24,000 nt of DNA from Flavobacteriaceae bacterium (GCA_028284005.1 JANQSO010000012.1:30177-54176), one strand, 5' to 3'. Positions 15,021-23,194 are shown, numbered from the stretch's first letter. Made by a program: numbers and translations. Notes: a model not told the origin generated them from the sequence alone.

Positions 15021-16178
15021 TCAGGGTTTGGATATAATAATGCTAACAGCATTTCCACCAAATCCTACAGCATTTACCATTATGTTCTTTAATTGATCGG
15101 GTAAATGCCTTTGATTATCAAAAAACGGGTTTTCAATTAGTTTGTTATTCTGTAACATTAAAACTGCCATCTCCACACTTAGCATTCCCGAAGCTGCAAA
15201 AGTGTGTCCAACCAACCATTTGTTGGAAGTTAGTAACGGCAAATTCTTCCCAAAGACATTTGTAACTGAATTGTACTCTGCCATATCTCCTTTTACGGTT
15301 CCGGGAGCATGCATTATAACTACATCCACTGTTTCCAATTTCGCTTTCCGAAGTGCCATGCGCATGGATTCCTGAAAGCATTGGGCATTTTCGGAAATAG
15401 AGCTGTTATGTACCAGCTTTTCGGTCGCATATCCAAACCCGCTAATGACGGCTTGTGTTCTTTCTGAAACTCCTTTTTCCAAAACAGCTACTGCCGCACC
15501 TTCTCCCAGCACCATGGTATTTTTCTTTTTCTGAAGCCGTAACGACTCACAGCCCATCACATTTTCAGACCTGGAATAGAGTTTCAATGCTTGCATTTGT
15601 GCAATGGTAAATGGCGTTAAGGCCGCTTCACTTCCACCCGCAACAAAGGTATCTACCATACCTGCCTGTAACCAGGCAATCCCGTTGAGCATTGCATGCA
15701 GGGCAGTAGAACAGGTAACAGAATGTCCTATTTGCACTCCTTTAATTCCCAAATCCTGCCCTACCCAGGAAGATATATTTCCCAAAGTGGTTGTAGGTGA
15801 TGTATATGCCGAAACACTTTCGCTTTTCAAAAACTGTGAATGGTACTTTTCAAACAACTGTGTAGCTCCTCGTGAAGACCCAATATTGATCCCAACATCT
15901 TTAGCCGAATATTCTTCAGCCAAAAAAGCCTGCCTGGAAGCTAATACTGCAAGTAGAACAGAGCGATCCAGTTTTTGATAAACAGAATTCTCACTCTGAA
16001 GTTTCATCAGGCTATTCTCCGTATCAGGATTAAGGCAGGAAACCCAAATTTCTGCTTTATTGAACTCCTTCTTAAAAAAAAGCGGACGCTTCGCCATATA
16101 ACTTTGCCAGGTCTCATTTTGAGAATTCCCTAAGGCAGAAACCGAAGCAATATTTGAAATTGAAATAGGTGTGTGCAA
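15021..16178 (-). CDS. FabB/FabF-type (KAS I/II-like) beta-ketoacyl synthase embedded in the biotin locus
   Basis: 385 aa. Aligns by eye with E. coli FabF: GHSVTCSTALH (Cys156, tgt at 15713-15711), VIMHAPGTVKGD (His290), LVGHTFAASG (His325), C-terminal NAVGFGGNAVS. 33 nt upstream of bioB on the same strand. TTG start, with no in-frame ATG before the conserved N-terminal strand PISISNIASVSALG. Confidence 0.8.
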   Translation of the reverse strand: MHTPISISNIASVSALGNSQNETWQSYMAKRPLFFKKEFNKAEIWVSCLNPDTENSLMKLQSENSVYQKLDRSVLLAVLASRQAFLAEEYSAKDVGINIGSSRGATQLFEKYHSQFLKSESVSAYTSPTTTLGNISSWVGQDLGIKGVQIGHSVTCSTALHAMLNGIAWLQAGMVDTFVAGGSEAALTPFTIAQMQALKLYSRSENVMGCESLRLQKKKNTMVLGEGAAVAVLEKGVSERTQAVISGFGYATEKLVHNSSISENAQCFQESMRMALRKAKLETVDVVIMHAPGTVKGDMAEYNSVTNVFGKNLPLLTSNKWLVGHTFAASGMLSVEMAVLMLQNNKLIENPFFDNQRHLPDQLKNIMVNAVGFGGNAVSIIISKP

Positions 16179-16197
16179 CTTTTTTATTAATTTGTTG

Positions 16198-16205
16198 CAA
16201 AAATA
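16198..16205 (-). promoter_or_regulatory. Candidate -7 box (TATTTTTG) for the KAS-bioB transcript
   Basis: The reverse complement of caaaaata, 19 nt upstream of the TTG at 16178. Confidence 0.35.
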
Positions 16206-16245
16206 AGGGTTCTGGCCTTTGTAAACATCCTTAATTTAAAATTAT

Positions 16246-16686
16246 ATGGAAGAAAATTCAGATCATAGATCCTGGTTTGGCAGAAATTGGAAATGGGTAG
16301 TTCCTTCGGGAGGTTGTTTACTAATTATTATCCTCTTTATAGCCTTTGCAGGAACATTATTTGTGGGGGTTACATCAATGTTTAAAGATTCACAACCCTA
16401 TAAAGAAGCTGTTTTAAAAGCTCAAAACAATGAAATTGTAATTGATGCTTTAGGAGAACCCATTGAAACTCATGGAATGGTAAGTGGAGGGATTAATTAC
16501 TCCGACGGTGAAGGCCATACCAATCTTGAAATACCCATTAAAGGCCCTAAAGGAAAAGCTCTAATTATTGTAGTAGCAGATAAATATACCGAAGTATGGG
16601 AATACCAAACCATGGAAGTAACCCTAGAAGATACGGGTGAGACAATCCCATTGCTTATTACTAAAGGTTCTTTAGAAGATCGATAA
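16246..16686 (+). CDS. Single-pass membrane protein, Coa1-like (cytochrome oxidase assembly factor family) by recollection
   Basis: 146 aa. N-terminus SWFGRNWKWVVPSGGCLLIIILFIAF (TM helix), then a soluble domain ...PYKEAVLKAQNNEIVIDALGEPIE..G...G.IN....G...L.IPIKGPKG. Opposite strand to all flanking bio genes. The 3' end overlaps the bioA 3' end by 15 nt. Confidence 0.45.
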   Translation: MEENSDHRSWFGRNWKWVVPSGGCLLIIILFIAFAGTLFVGVTSMFKDSQPYKEAVLKAQNNEIVIDALGEPIETHGMVSGGINYSDGEGHTNLEIPIKGPKGKALIIVVADKYTEVWEYQTMEVTLEDTGETIPLLITKGSLEDR

Positions 16687-17937
16687 ACTTTTTTCGATAC
16701 TTATATATATTTTTTCCAGCTGCTTATCTGTAATTACATAAGGCGGGATCATATAAATAGTATTTCCCAAAGGGCGTAAAAAAACACCTTGCTTCATAAA
16801 AAATTCAAACAATTGATCACGAAGGCTTCCATAACGTTCCATTTCAATATTTAAGTCTAAAGCAAAAATTACCCCTAAAGACCTTACAGCTTCAACTTTA
16901 GGATGCCCAGCAATTTTCTTCACGAATGATTTGTGTGCCCTGGTGATACGGGAAATATCTTTTTGAATTTCTTCTGAAGTAAGCAGTTCAATCCCGGCAA
17001 TGGCAGTTGCACATGCTATGGGATTAGCACTATATGTATGCGCATGAAAGAACCCTTTTCCAATTTCATCATCCAAAAAGGCATCAAATACCGGCTGTGT
17101 ACAACTTGTAATACTCATAGCCACCATACCCGCAGTCAATGCTTTGCTCAAACAAATGATGTCGGGTTGTATTTCCAGGTAGGATGATGCGAAATACTTT
17201 CCGGTTTTTCCAAAACCGGTCATTACTTCATCGGCTATGCAAAGTATATTGTTTTGCTTACAAAACTTCAGAATTTCTTCTAACCCTGCAACATCATGGA
17301 ATTTCATTCCGGCAGCACCTTGCACCAATGGTTCATATACAAATGCCGCACATTTATTTTCGGTACAAATTTGCTTTAGCTTTATAAGTAGCTCCGCTAA
17401 ATTATCCTTTGTTGGAACGGGAATTCTTTCCACCTTTAGAAAGAAATCTTTAAATGGCCCATTATATACGGAAAGGCCTGAAACGCTCATTGCTCCAAAT
17501 GTATCACCATGAAATCCTCCTTCAAAAGCCAATAAGGTGTCCCGTTTTTCTCCTTTATTGAAATGGTATTGCAGCGCCATTTTAATTCCGGCTTCTACTG
17601 CTGTGGAGCCATTGTCATTGAAAAATATCTTTTGTTGGTTTGAAGGTAGAATTCGCATTAATTTTTCGGAAAGCTCTACAGCGGGTTTATGTGTAAAACC
17701 GGTAAAGACCACTTGATCCAATTCTTTCATCTGTTCAGAAGCACAAGAAATTATATAATCATTGCAATGCCCGTACATGGCTGTGTACCAAGAAGCTATT
17801 CCGTCAACATATTCATTTCCATCTTCATCCCATAACAATGCGTCTTTAGCCTTTACAATTCCTATTGGTGCTGCGGCAGTCTGGTGCTGTGTTAGTGGGT
17901 GCCAGATATGTTTTCTATCTCTTTCCTGTAAACTCAT
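16672..17937 (-). CDS. bioA: Adenosylmethionine-8-amino-7-oxononanoate aminotransferase
   Basis: 421 aa. HIWHPLTQHQ N-terminus, class-III aminotransferase core, PLP-lysine context CLSKALTAG. Confidence 0.9.
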   Translation of the reverse strand: MSLQERDRKHIWHPLTQHQTAAAPIGIVKAKDALLWDEDGNEYVDGIASWYTAMYGHCNDYIISCASEQMKELDQVVFTGFTHKPAVELSEKLMRILPSNQQKIFFNDNGSTAVEAGIKMALQYHFNKGEKRDTLLAFEGGFHGDTFGAMSVSGLSVYNGPFKDFFLKVERIPVPTKDNLAELLIKLKQICTENKCAAFVYEPLVQGAAGMKFHDVAGLEEILKFCKQNNILCIADEVMTGFGKTGKYFASSYLEIQPDIICLSKALTAGMVAMSITSCTQPVFDAFLDDEIGKGFFHAHTYSANPIACATAIAGIELLTSEEIQKDISRITRAHKSFVKKIAGHPKVEAVRSLGVIFALDLNIEMERYGSLRDQLFEFFMKQGVFLRPLGNTIYMIPPYVITDKQLEKIYISIEKSLSIF

Positions 17938-18541
17938 TTTTAAATCTTTCGGCGTATTCTTTAATCACATTCTTATCGAAGTATGGCTCAATATCTATAC
18001 GTCCTAAAATTGGTATTCCGGCCATTTTTGAAATAATCGTCTCTGTGGACGGGTGCTCATTCCCATTAAAGATACAACCGAAGATATTAAGCTTTCTATG
18101 CTTTAAAGCTTCAATTGTCAATAGTGAATGATTGATACTTCCCAATATATGACGTGACACAACAATTACTTTATCTGTGGGTTTGATGAGGTCTATTACG
18201 GTTTCTTTGTCATTCAAAGGAACTAAAAGACCTCCGGCACCTTCTATTACCAGGTTATTTTTTGTTTTTGGGCGCTCAATGTCTTTAATTTCAATATGTA
18301 CACCGTCTATTTCTGCAGCTGCATGCGGACTCATTGGCGTTTCCAAGTTAAAGGTACTAGGGTGAAGTTTTGTTTTCGAATTTGAGATCAACCCCTTTAC
18401 TTTATGAGTATCACTATTGTCAAGTTCACCGGCTTGAACCGGTTTCCAGTAGTCTGCTTCCAAAGCTTCCGTAATAATCGCCGAAACTATTGTTTTGCCA
18501 ATATCGGTATCAATACCTGTTATAAAATAGGTGTCTGTCAT
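17915..18541 (-). CDS. bioD: Dethiobiotin synthetase
   Basis: 208 aa. P-loop ITGIDTDIGKT, EGAGGLLVPL. The ATG overlaps the bioF stop (ATGA at 18541-18538). The 3' end overlaps the bioA start by 23 nt. Confidence 0.9.
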   Translation of the reverse strand: MTDTYFITGIDTDIGKTIVSAIITEALEADYWKPVQAGELDNSDTHKVKGLISNSKTKLHPSTFNLETPMSPHAAAEIDGVHIEIKDIERPKTKNNLVIEGAGGLLVPLNDKETVIDLIKPTDKVIVVSRHILGSINHSLLTIEALKHRKLNIFGCIFNGNEHPSTETIISKMAGIPILGRIDIEPYFDKNVIKEYAERFKNEFTGKR

Positions 18542-19695
18542 TTAATGAATGTAGCTAATAGTTCTATAATTGTTTTGATTTCTTTTTCAGTATTGAAGCT
18601 ATGAATGCAAAGTCGTAAACGTTCCTGCCCTTTGGGGACAGTAGGTGAAAGAATAGGTTTTATATCAAACCCTTCTTTTTTAATCTTTTCTGAAATACTT
18701 TTTACGCGATCATTTCCCGGAATCAGGCAGCAATGAACTGCCGAAACACTTTCAACAAATATTTGCTTTAATTCATATTTTTCAATATACGATCGTAATA
18801 TTGCAATGTTTCGATTAAGTTTTTGCACCTCACTATGTGTGTGTGTCTTGTCTCCCTGAATGGTCAATTTCTCATAAGCAGCTTTTATCGTTGCTACAGC
18901 ATGTGGTGGCAATGCTGTGGTATATATAAAGCCTCTGCAAAAATTGATCAAATACCTCTTTAGGTTATTACTCCCCAAAATCACAGCGCCATGACATCCC
19001 AAGGCTTTTCCAAATGTGGCAATACGTGCAAAAACCTTATCTTCCAAATTCAATTCCTGTACAATTCCTTTTCCCTTACCAACAACGCCTAGTGCATGTG
19101 CTTCATCTATAATTAAGTGGTAATTATTTTCTGAACAATAGTCGGCCAGGGACCTTATATCCGGAGTATCTCCATCCATTGAAAAAACAGATTCGGTGAT
19201 AATGTATACTTCTTCGGTGCTTTGACTTCTCTCAACGACTATCTTCAAGTCTTCCATATCGTTATGCCTGAACTTATACGCTTTCGCGTTGCTCATCAAT
19301 ATTCCCTCTCTAATGGATGCATGGACCAATTCATCATAGAAGATCACATCTCCACGCTGCGGAACACTAGCAAAGAATCCACTATTGGCAGTATAACCAC
19401 TATTGAAAATTAGCGCTGTTTCACATTTATGAATACTGGCAATAAAGCTTTCTGTTTTTTCATAAAGCTTGTAATTTCCCGAAAGCAGTCTTGAGCCTGT
19501 AGCACCATTTTGCTGTAGATTATTCTCTTTTAAGATGCTTAAGGCGTTGTTAAAAATGGTTTCTGAAGCACTAAAGCCCAAATAATCATTAGAAGAAAAA
19601 TCTACCAACCCATTAAAATTATCCAAGACCCGCAAAGCATTATCTTCTATACGGTTCTCTATTTTCTTTTGAAGTTTTTCGGGTAATTGGCTCAC
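18538..19695 (-). CDS. bioF: 8-amino-7-oxononanoate synthase
   Basis: 385 aa. DFSSNDYLGF, HASIREG, DEAHALGV, PLP-lysine context TFGKALG. GTG start, with no nearby in-frame ATG. Confidence 0.9.
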   Translation of the reverse strand: MSQLPEKLQKKIENRIEDNALRVLDNFNGLVDFSSNDYLGFSASETIFNNALSILKENNLQQNGATGSRLLSGNYKLYEKTESFIASIHKCETALIFNSGYTANSGFFASVPQRGDVIFYDELVHASIREGILMSNAKAYKFRHNDMEDLKIVVERSQSTEEVYIITESVFSMDGDTPDIRSLADYCSENNYHLIIDEAHALGVVGKGKGIVQELNLEDKVFARIATFGKALGCHGAVILGSNNLKRYLINFCRGFIYTTALPPHAVATIKAAYEKLTIQGDKTHTHSEVQKLNRNIAILRSYIEKYELKQIFVESVSAVHCCLIPGNDRVKSISEKIKKEGFDIKPILSPTVPKGQERLRLCIHSFNTEKEIKTIIELLATFIK

Positions 19696-19699
19696 GTTC

Positions 19700-19721
19700 C
19701 AAATTTAAGTATCTTTAAGTA
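19700..19721 (-). promoter_or_regulatory. Candidate bioF -7 box (TAAATTTG, 19707-19700) overlapped by two 10-bp-phased direct repeats TACTTAAA
   Basis: The minus strand reads GGTT-TACTTAAA-GA-TACTTAAA-TTTG-GAAC-GTG. On the plus strand the repeats are tttaagta at 19704-19711 and 19714-19721. Confidence 0.3.
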
Positions 19722-19732
19722 AACCTTTGCTA

Positions 19733-20257
19733 ATGATTACCTATAAAACGACATCGACCTCAAAAGAATTGAAACAAATCCTATTGCTTCAGCAAGCCAA
19801 TCTCCCGCAAGCGATCTCTTCATTAGAAAAACAAACCGAAGGTTTTGTAACGGTACATCACGATTTTGATATACTAAACCGAATGAATGACGCATGTTCA
19901 CATATTATTGCAAAGAACCGGGAAAAAGTTGTTGGTTATGCCTTGTGCATGCATCCAAAATTTGGAAATGAAATAGAAGTATTAAAACCAATGTTTTCTG
20001 AGATCAACAAGGTATTCTCTGAAAAATATATAGTAATGGGACAGGTTTGTATCGATAAAGCATATAGGAAACAAGGTATCTTCAGAAAATTATATGAAAC
20101 AATGAAAGAAGTTGTTATTCCTGAATATTCAACGATCATTACCGAAGTAGATACGACAAACATCCGTTCCCTTGAAGCACATTATGCTATTGGATTTAAA
20201 AGGCTATCAAATTATAAAGCGAGTGGAAGAGATTGGGAATTAATCCATTTGTCTTAG
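19733..20257 (+). CDS. GNAT-family N-acetyltransferase
   Basis: 174 aa from ATG 19733 (the track starts at TTG 19727). Acetyl-CoA motif VCIDKAYRKQGIFRKL (R/Q-x-x-G-x-G/A-like), then ...SLEAHYAIGF. Confidence 0.75.
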   Translation: MITYKTTSTSKELKQILLLQQANLPQAISSLEKQTEGFVTVHHDFDILNRMNDACSHIIAKNREKVVGYALCMHPKFGNEIEVLKPMFSEINKVFSEKYIVMGQVCIDKAYRKQGIFRKLYETMKEVVIPEYSTIITEVDTTNIRSLEAHYAIGFKRLSNYKASGRDWELIHLS

Positions 20258-20275
20258 AAAGCTTTATGATGCTTG

Positions 20276-20941
20276 TTAAAAATTATCCTTTACCGGTTTT
20301 TTCCTTCCTAAATTAAAAACTCCAATTTTAAGACCAACCACTACTGAAAACCCATTAAGATTATCCTTTTCAAAAGGCGGCAACTCATAATCGCTTGTAA
20401 AACGATAACGAATTCCTGTTTCTAATTGTGTATAACGCGTAAAGTTATACAACAAATTTATGCCGGGCTCTACTACAAAAAAACCGTCAAAATCATCTTC
20501 TTCAAGTTCGGCAGTTTCATCTTCTATTTTATCAGCATTAGTATATGCTACACCTCCACCTCCAATAAGAACAGGAAAGGATACACTCACAAACTTCTTC
20601 CCAAATAAAATGGGTTCTATATGAAAGCCTCCATATCCTCCTATGAGGGCAATTTTGTCACCTCTAAATATATTTGGGTTTGTATTATCCATCTCCCTGT
20701 ATAAACCTGTAAATCCAAAGCCAACTTCTAACTTTTGATTTGCAACATAAGCCATTTTTATATTGCCAGAGAAAGTCCCCTCTTTTTTAATTCTACCATA
20801 TTGAGCGCCAAAACCTACATAAAAACCATGAACTACATTATTACGGTCATCAAATTCTACATAGGTGTCTGTTTCATTGGTTTGTGCAACAACAGCACTG
20901 CATATTAGCAGTATAATTAGTATTGTGTTATTTTTTTTCAT
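20276..20941 (-). CDS. Predicted outer-membrane beta-barrel protein
   Basis: 221 aa. Signal MKKNNTILIILLICSAVVAQ, Gly/aromatic-rich alternating strands, C-terminal Phe (…KDNF). Last gene of the ECF operon. Confidence 0.5.
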   Translation of the reverse strand: MKKNNTILIILLICSAVVAQTNETDTYVEFDDRNNVVHGFYVGFGAQYGRIKKEGTFSGNIKMAYVANQKLEVGFGFTGLYREMDNTNPNIFRGDKIALIGGYGGFHIEPILFGKKFVSVSFPVLIGGGGVAYTNADKIEDETAELEEDDFDGFFVVEPGINLLYNFTRYTQLETGIRYRFTSDYELPPFEKDNLNGFSVVVGLKIGVFNLGRKKPVKDNF

Positions 20942-20974
20942 TGGTCATATAATTAAATTCAGTAAAAAATAGTG

Positions 20975-22069
20975 TTACAGCTCCTTAAGAATAATAACTC
21001 CTTTTACGCCTATAACTGAAAAAATACGCCCGGTTTGGTTTCCATAAGTAGCACTAATGCTTCGTATCATATTTTTCTTGTCCAATAAATCAGATTGAAT
21101 ATTCTGCATGGTCTTGGGTAACCTAAGCACTCCCTGCTCCAGATTTGCATTAAACTTGAACGAGATGTTCGAGATATTTACATACACTTCAGAGTTTTCT
21201 TGATTTATTCTTACTGCCGGTGTAGGGGTTGAAAACCCGGCTATTCTAAGTTCGGTAAGATCCAGGTCAATATTTATTTTTTCCGAAAGTTGCTTGACAA
21301 TTATAGTCCCGTATTTGCTTTCTCCATCCAATTGCTTGATACTCGCTATTTCAATTTCATCTTTATTGGAATCCAATTGAAGTGTTCCCATTTGATCCAG
21401 TGTAATGATAGATCCATTCGACATCAATTTTAGTTGTGATGCATTGTTAATGTTTAATGTAGCATCGTTTGCATTGATGGTAGCTTCTCGTAAATTAAAT
21501 GCTTTGAGAGTACCGTATTTAATTGAAATATTTGATTCTTTAATCTCATGAGGCAGCCTCACGTCTCCATGCTCTACATTTGCTATAAGATAACCATCCC
21601 AATCTGAAACTCTTATATCTCCATATTTATTAACTACTTCTACTTCTATGTTCTGAGGCACATAAATTGTATAGTCAATCTGAGAATTTGCTTTAGACCC
21701 AACAGTAGCGCTTATCTTATTTAAGAATTTACGAAACACCCCTTCTTCTTTTTTATTGATAACAGAAGTAATGGTAATCTTGTTCTTTGAAGCCTTTATG
21801 TTGGGTTGAATTCTGTCCAGTAGTTCTTTTGCTATTTCTTCATCTTTTCCTTGCGAATCGATTCTAATAGTAATTTCCACTTCACTTTTGTCCCAGCCAT
21901 AGATCGTTACATCCCCATATTTATTGGTTAGAGAAACGCTTCCGTTTTGAGGGAAAGGATACGATTCCTTTATTTGCTTACTTACCGTTTCCTGTGCCAT
22001 TGTCATAAAGGCAGCAAGCAAAGCAAATAACAGTAAAGTTTTTCTATAAAATATACGCTTTTTCATCAT
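20975..22069 (-). CDS. Exported beta-helical repeat protein (DUF4097 / putative-adhesin-like)
   Basis: 364 aa. Signal ...LLFALLAAFMTMAQE. Repeated YGD[VI].[VI]..W / G.[VI].[VL] strands (NKYGDVTIYGWDKSEVEI, NKYGDIRVSDWDG, EHGDVRLP, KYGTLKAF, KYGTIIVKQL). Confidence 0.55.
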   Translation of the reverse strand: MMKKRIFYRKTLLLFALLAAFMTMAQETVSKQIKESYPFPQNGSVSLTNKYGDVTIYGWDKSEVEITIRIDSQGKDEEIAKELLDRIQPNIKASKNKITITSVINKKEEGVFRKFLNKISATVGSKANSQIDYTIYVPQNIEVEVVNKYGDIRVSDWDGYLIANVEHGDVRLPHEIKESNISIKYGTLKAFNLREATINANDATLNINNASQLKLMSNGSIITLDQMGTLQLDSNKDEIEIASIKQLDGESKYGTIIVKQLSEKINIDLDLTELRIAGFSTPTPAVRINQENSEVYVNISNISFKFNANLEQGVLRLPKTMQNIQSDLLDKKNMIRSISATYGNQTGRIFSVIGVKGVIILKEL

Positions 22070-22571
22070 CTTCTTCTTTTTTAGATGGATATGATTTATT
22101 CATAAGGTTTTCCATCAATTGTATTTTCTTCCTATAATTATTAATGATCGCCTGCATGATCTTTTTATCATTAATTCCTTCTTTCAATTCCAGTTTTAGC
22201 TTGGCATACTCAGCATCCAGGTCGTCTATTAGTAATAAGAAATCCGCTCTTTCTTTTTCAGTAAGGTTTGGGTTGTTTTTAATTAATGTTACCTGCCGGT
22301 TTATCAGGGTGCCATAATAATTATCTACTTCCTGTAACTCTTGATTTGCAAATGGATCATTCATTCTATTTGTAAAAAACATACCGCCCCCTATTATCAA
22401 TACAATACTGACTGCAACTTGCCAGCGGGTTCTTCTCCATAACGGAATGACCTTTGTCGTACTTTGCGGTAGTTCCTTTTCAATACGATCCCACAGACGT
22501 TCCTTATCTATCCGGAACTCATCAAACGCTTCCCTGTTCTGGGCTACATATTCTTCTAACTTCTTTTTCAT
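22044..22571 (-). CDS. Single-pass membrane protein, presumed non-ZAS anti-sigma factor
   Basis: 175 aa. The ATG lies 1 nt after the sigma stop. Cytoplasmic N-terminal ~45 aa, TM helix WQVAVSIVLIIGGGMFF, helical/coiled periplasmic part. No HxxxCxxC zinc motif. Confidence 0.5.
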   Translation of the reverse strand: MKKKLEEYVAQNREAFDEFRIDKERLWDRIEKELPQSTTKVIPLWRRTRWQVAVSIVLIIGGGMFFTNRMNDPFANQELQEVDNYYGTLINRQVTLIKNNPNLTEKERADFLLLIDDLDAEYAKLKLELKEGINDKKIMQAIINNYRKKIQLMENLMNKSYPSKKEEDDEKAYIL

Positions 22572-22572
22572 A

Positions 22573-23109
22573 CTACGCTATTAGTTCTATTAATTTCTTC
22601 TTTGCACGGTGGTATTGTGACTTTGATGTAGAAACACTTATTTCCAGTATTTCTCCTATTTCTACATGATCGTATCCTTCGATCAAGTACAAATTGATTA
22701 TGGTTTTATACCCTTCCGGCAATGCCTGTATCCCTTTCTTTATTTTATCTACATCCAATTGTGTATCATCGATTTCTTCAGGTTCCTGTTCGGTTTCCCA
22801 ATTTTCCTCATCTAATGCAACCAAAGGAATTTTTTTAATTTTTAAATAATTAATACTCTTATTGATCACTATGCGTTTAAGCCAGGAACCAAAAGTACTT
22901 TCATACTTAAAAGAATCTAAGTTTTTAAAAGCGCTTATAAAACTATCCTGCACAACATCTTCTGCATCTTCCTTTACTTTTACAATTCGGATACTTACAT
23001 TATACATGGCATCTACGTAAAGAGAATACAGTGTATACTGCATCTTACGATCTCCCATTTTGCATTTTTCTATAAGCTCTTTATGTCTATAAACTATAGC
23101 GTTATCCAC
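22573..23109 (-). CDS. ECF-subfamily RNA polymerase sigma-70 factor
   Basis: 178 aa. Region 2 (DAEDVVQDSFISAFKNLDSFKYESTFGSWLKRIVINKSINYLK) and region 4 (LPEGYKTIINLYLIEGYDHVEIGEILEISVSTSKSQYHRAKKKL). GTG start in the track. The exact start is uncertain. Confidence 0.85.
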   Translation of the reverse strand: MDNAIVYRHKELIEKCKMGDRKMQYTLYSLYVDAMYNVSIRIVKVKEDAEDVVQDSFISAFKNLDSFKYESTFGSWLKRIVINKSINYLKIKKIPLVALDEENWETEQEPEEIDDTQLDVDKIKKGIQALPEGYKTIINLYLIEGYDHVEIGEILEISVSTSKSQYHRAKKKLIELIA

Positions 23110-23176
23110 CCGGGTATATAAGATTCTAATTTTCCAATTGCATCTTTATCTATTTTAAAAGACAATTAAAATGAAG

Positions 23177-23194
23177 AAGGGTTGCATGCCCTTA
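23177..23194 (-). terminator. Weak hairpin after the DUF4249-like gene
   Basis: The minus strand reads AAGGG-CATGCAA-CCCTT followed by cttcatttt. Only 5 bp, with an interrupted T-run. Confidence 0.3.

Noticed and set aside
16219-16226. TTGTAAAC upstream of KAS-bioB, and GTAAACC at 19719-19725 upstream of bioF, resembling the E. coli BirA operator half-site TTGTAAACC
   Set aside because: I could not find an inverted partner half-site (GGTTTACAA) at about 14-16 bp spacing in either region. A single 7-8-mer in AT-rich DNA is not evidence for a BirA operator.
20931-20938. A8 homopolymer directly after the ATG of the OM-barrel gene (ATG AAA AAA AAT), a possible slipped-strand phase-variation tract
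   Set aside because: MKK(N) signal-peptide starts are ubiquitous in this lineage and produce such runs automatically (the mutY start also has A7/T8 runs). The tract is short and there is no population evidence for length variation.
23161-23190. Possible ECF-type promoter GCAACC-N16-GTCT upstream of the sigma gene
   Set aside because: It is a loose match to a degenerate consensus and overlaps the weak hairpin after the upstream gene. I mention it only as a guess in the ECF finding.
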